From NCBI RefSeq assembly GCF_026391055.1, contig NZ_JAPLET010000022.1, forward strand, positions 647,648 to 711,647: a DNA stretch of 64,000 nucleotides, written 5' to 3'. Both the position numbers and the translations under genes were made by a program. The DNA is from Spirosoma sp. Lineage in GTDB: Bacteria > Bacteroidota > Bacteroidia > Cytophagales > Spirosomataceae. The notes under the pieces were generated by a model. It was not told the DNA's origin. It was given only the letters and a program-made list of their open reading frames with translations, and did not search any database. Shown in pieces: positions 62,505 to 64,000 of the stretch (the stretch's first letter is position 1; each line of letters starts with the position of its first letter).

Positions 62505-64000
62505 CTACGCCGGTAGGTAGATGGTAAAGGTGGCGCCTTGCCCCGGCTGACTCGTGGCCGTAATAGCGCCCCCATGATTGGCAACTACCTTCTCACAGAT
62601 GGCCAAACCAACACCTGTACCCGCATACTGGTTCTTACCATGCAGCCGCTGAAAGACCTGAAAAATGCGATCCAGGTACTGCTCATCAAAACCAATCCCG
62701 TTATCGGCTACCTCAAGCTTGTGATAAGCCCCGGATACGTAGCCCGGTTTGACGCCTGCCGGTAACTGATCAGCCGAGACCAGTTGAGCCCTGATCTCAA
62801 TCAGGGGAGTCACCAGAGCGCCTGCCTGGTTCGTGCGGTGAAACTTCAGGGCATTACTCAGTAGGTTCTGAAAGAGCTGACTTAGTTGCGAAGCATCCCC
62901 CGTAACGGTTGGTAACAGCCCCACCTGGATCTGAGCCCCTAATTCCTCCATCCGCAGCTCTAAGGTGCTCAGTACGCTCTCCACTACCGTTTGCAGCGAC
63001 ACCGAGTCATTGGCTTCCCGTTGAGTGGCAATCCGCGAGAAGTTCAGCAGGTCTTTAATCAGGATGGACATGCGGCTAGCCGCCGATTGCATTCGATCAA
63101 CGTACGCCAGCTCTTCCTTCTCTGACTCATTGTAGCGGGCCTTCAAAAGGTCGCCAAACTGCCGGATTTTTCGTAAGGGCTCCTGCAAATCATGACTAGC
63201 TACGTAGGCAAACTGCTCAAGGTTGTCGTTGGAGCGGTTGAGCAAAACGTTTGCTTCTTCTAACTCTTCGTTAATTGCCGCGTACTCTTCGTTGTTAGCC
63301 GACAACTCTTCATTTGTCGCAATCAGTTCGTTATTGGCCTCGGCTAGCTCCTGGGTGCGCTGGTTGACCAGGCTCTCCAGTTCGGCGGATAACTGTCGGT
63401 ACTGCTGTTCGCTTCGACGCACCTCGGCTTCGGTCCGGGTTCGGTCAACAGCCACCACCAGCCGCTCAGCGACCATCTCCAGCAGGCCCAGCTCGTCGTC
63501 TGACCAGGCATGCGCTTGCTTATAGTGAATGAACAACACGGCTACTAACTTTCCCCCCTTCATCAGAGGCTTGTTCAGGGTAGCCCCTAGCTGAAGAACT
63601 CGATGCGCTTCTTTTTCGGCCGTTGACAGGGCAGGATCCTGGGCAATGTCTGAGCGAACCACCGTACGACCCGCCAGAAACTCAGCCAGTAGCGGCCCAT
63701 AATCCGCATACTGGTAGGTACCCTGTAGATCAGGCACGCCGTTGATGTAGTTGCGCAGTACCACAATGGTATTGCCATTCCCCTGATCTTCGGCATAACC
63801 GACTCGGTTGGCTCCCAGGTATCGGCCCAGCAGACAGGCGGTATAATAGTAGACGTCCAGAGGATCGTTCAGGGATCGCAGGGTGTCGGACAGTTGCAGA
63901 ATGAAGCGTTGCTGTTCTTGGAGTCGCTCCAGCACTTGTTGAGCCAACACCTGTTGGTTGACTTCCTGGGCGATACCCGCGAACCGGTAAAACTCACCTG
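62505..64000 (-). CDS. Sensor histidine kinase (GAF, NEEL-rich coiled coil, HisKA, HATPase); 5' end outside the window
   Basis: The reading frame stays open to the window edge upstream of the first Met. H-box 'ASHDLQEPLRKI', 'NLLSNALKF', 'DNGIGF', 'GTGVGLAI'. Confidence 0.88.
   Translation of the reverse strand, partial: GEFYRFAGIAQEVNQQVLAQQVLERLQEQQRFILQLSDTLRSLNDPLDVYYYTACLLGRYLGANRVGYAEDQGNGNTIVVLRNYINGVPDLQGTYQYADYGPLLAEFLAGRTVVRSDIAQDPALSTAEKEAHRVLQLGATLNKPLMKGGKLVAVLFIHYKQAHAWSDDELGLLEMVAERLVVAVDRTRTEAEVRRSEQQYRQLSAELESLVNQRTQELAEANNELIATNEELSANNEEYAAINEELEEANVLLNRSNDNLEQFAYVASHDLQEPLRKIRQFGDLLKARYNESEKEELAYVDRMQSAASRMSILIKDLLNFSRIATQREANDSVSLQTVVESVLSTLELRMEELGAQIQVGLLPTVTGDASQLSQLFQNLLSNALKFHRTNQAGALVTPLIEIRAQLVSADQLPAGVKPGYVSGAYHKLEVADNGIGFDEQYLDRIFQVFQRLHGKNQYAGTGVGLAICEKVVANHGGAITATSQPGQGATFTIYLPA

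Noticed and set aside
1-64000. CRISPR arrays, rRNA, tRNA, tmRNA, RNase P RNA, prophage or integrase genes
   Set aside because: I scanned the intergenic regions by eye. I found no regularly spaced direct repeats, no conserved RNA cores (e.g. GGTTCGAATCC with an acceptor stem, GAGGAAAGTCC) and no integrase or recombinase ORFs.

Overview
This window reads like a chromosomal segment of a Cytophagales-type Bacteroidota genome. That assignment is an inference from the protein families and signal-peptide style; no database search was possible. I support about 50 CDS and saw no rRNA, tRNA or CRISPR array. From left to right: (1) topA, a GH20 hexosaminidase, a sirtuin lacking the zinc-binding cysteines, a GH127-like hydrolase, an HGSNAT/DUF5009-like membrane protein, an M61 peptidase, and a TPR / beta-barrel / HU-SPOR envelope trio. 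(2) A co-oriented 10.7-kb minus-strand locus: porin, MFS transporter, two micro-membrane proteins, an SLC5-fused histidine kinase, a single-domain receiver, prpE and acs. (3) An orphan IS1 InsA-like Zn-ribbon/HTH gene, divergent from a sulfite reductase (with a C-terminal helical extension) and a SUMT gene. (4) An exported ThuA-ThuA-GH9 operon. (5) A five-gene RsbR-RsbS-RsbT stressosome operon. It ends in a GHKL-PP2C fusion and an orphan PAS histidine kinase whose N-terminus is a degenerate RsbT-like domain. (6) TetR/ABC-F, HxlR/NmrA, two AraC/SDR pairs and a Tat-subunit/GMC oxidoreductase pair. (7) An AT-rich patch of small exported or membrane proteins carrying a 134-bp terminal-inverted-repeat element (3 intact copies plus fragments). 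(8) A partial GAF histidine kinase at the right edge. The best candidates for an under-described system are the stressosome-to-histidine-kinase module (40.0-44.4 kb) and the transporter-like sensor kinase locus linked to short-chain acyl-CoA synthetases (19.6-30.3 kb). Other observations are three ORF-free stretches of at least 0.9 kb, candidate operator palindromes, and a possible terminator-bearing leader upstream of sulfite reductase. All functional calls rest on motifs read by eye and need HMM/BLAST confirmation.
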